From an uncultured delta proteobacterium (lineage in GTDB: Bacteria; Desulfobacterota; Binatia; Binatales; Binataceae), in assembly GCA_963765675.1 (NCBI GenBank), contig CAVXXK010000001.1, positions 1,216,001 to 1,280,000 on the forward strand: a stretch of 64,000 bases of DNA, given 5' to 3'. The notes beneath the pieces are model-generated. The model searched no databases, was not told where the DNA came from, and was given only the letters and a program-made list of their open reading frames with translations. Both the position numbers and the translations under genes were made by a program. Positions within the stretch are counted from its first letter, which is position 1; the number at the start of each line of letters is the position of its first letter. Below are positions 63,758 to 64,000 of this stretch, one piece after another.

Positions 63758-64000
63758 ATGAGCTTGTCGGACGCATCTAATTGGTATCTGATTCGCACCA
63801 AAACCGGGAAGGAACGCTGGGTTCGCGATCAGTTGCGCCCGACGGTGGGAGAGGTGTTCCTGCCGATGCTGCGGGCAAAGGCGCCGCGCTGGGGCCGAAT
63901 GACGATGGGCGTCGGTCCGCTGTTCCCGTGTTATGTTTTCGCACGCTTCGATCTAGAGACGAGCTATTTCGAGGTCAAGTATATGGCGGGGGTTCGCGGT
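63758..64000 (+). CDS. NusG/RfaH-family antiterminator paralogue, partial
   Basis: Not in the ORF track. MSLSDASNWYLIRTKTGKE...VFLP...PLFPCYVFARFD...VKYMAGVRG is an NGN domain; GGAGG RBS. Confidence 0.9.
   Translation, partial: MSLSDASNWYLIRTKTGKERWVRDQLRPTVGEVFLPMLRAKAPRWGRMTMGVGPLFPCYVFARFDLETSYFEVKYMAGVRG

Overview
GC-rich bacterial chromosomal window with about 55 genes and no rRNA, tRNA, CRISPR array, integrase or transposase. The gene content (many LLM, amidohydrolase and hot-dog genes, DZR-cyclase-AAA-TPR relics, a DUF1302-like barrel) resembles soil Candidatus Binatota, but this is inference only. Layout: 1-25.5 kb holds flavin/CoA catabolic genes interrupted by a small efflux/reductase block, ending in a thiolase plus a catalytically dead HMG-CoA-synthase/DUF35 fusion. 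25.7-30.2 kb holds two tandem RRM RNA-binding genes and a damaged cyclase-AAA-TPR gene. 30.2-38.3 kb holds a ytcA-mdtN-mdtO-like/TolC efflux system, toxin-antitoxin remnants cut by an inverted REP pair, and an ABC-2 exporter behind a candidate leader-peptide attenuator. 42.9-46.8 kb holds csoR-HPP/copA with two operators and a perfect parS. 47-56 kb holds an esterase, KirBac, desaturase-cfa, a multicopper oxidase and a phosphoesterase. 56.4-59.5 kb is a Fur-family/rubrerythrin/Fe-S oxidoreductase/DUF3501 operon with a perfect Fur box. 59.7-64 kb holds surface proteins and a partial NusG/RfaH paralogue. Nine small frameshifts, mostly +1, look like long-read consensus errors. Best candidates for something undescribed: the leader-peptide attenuator (38.1-38.3 kb), the PhlABC-like thiolase complex, the REP pair at the junction of two truncated TA genes, and the CsoR-linked double-HPP membrane protein. 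All calls are from manual motif reading; no database search was run.
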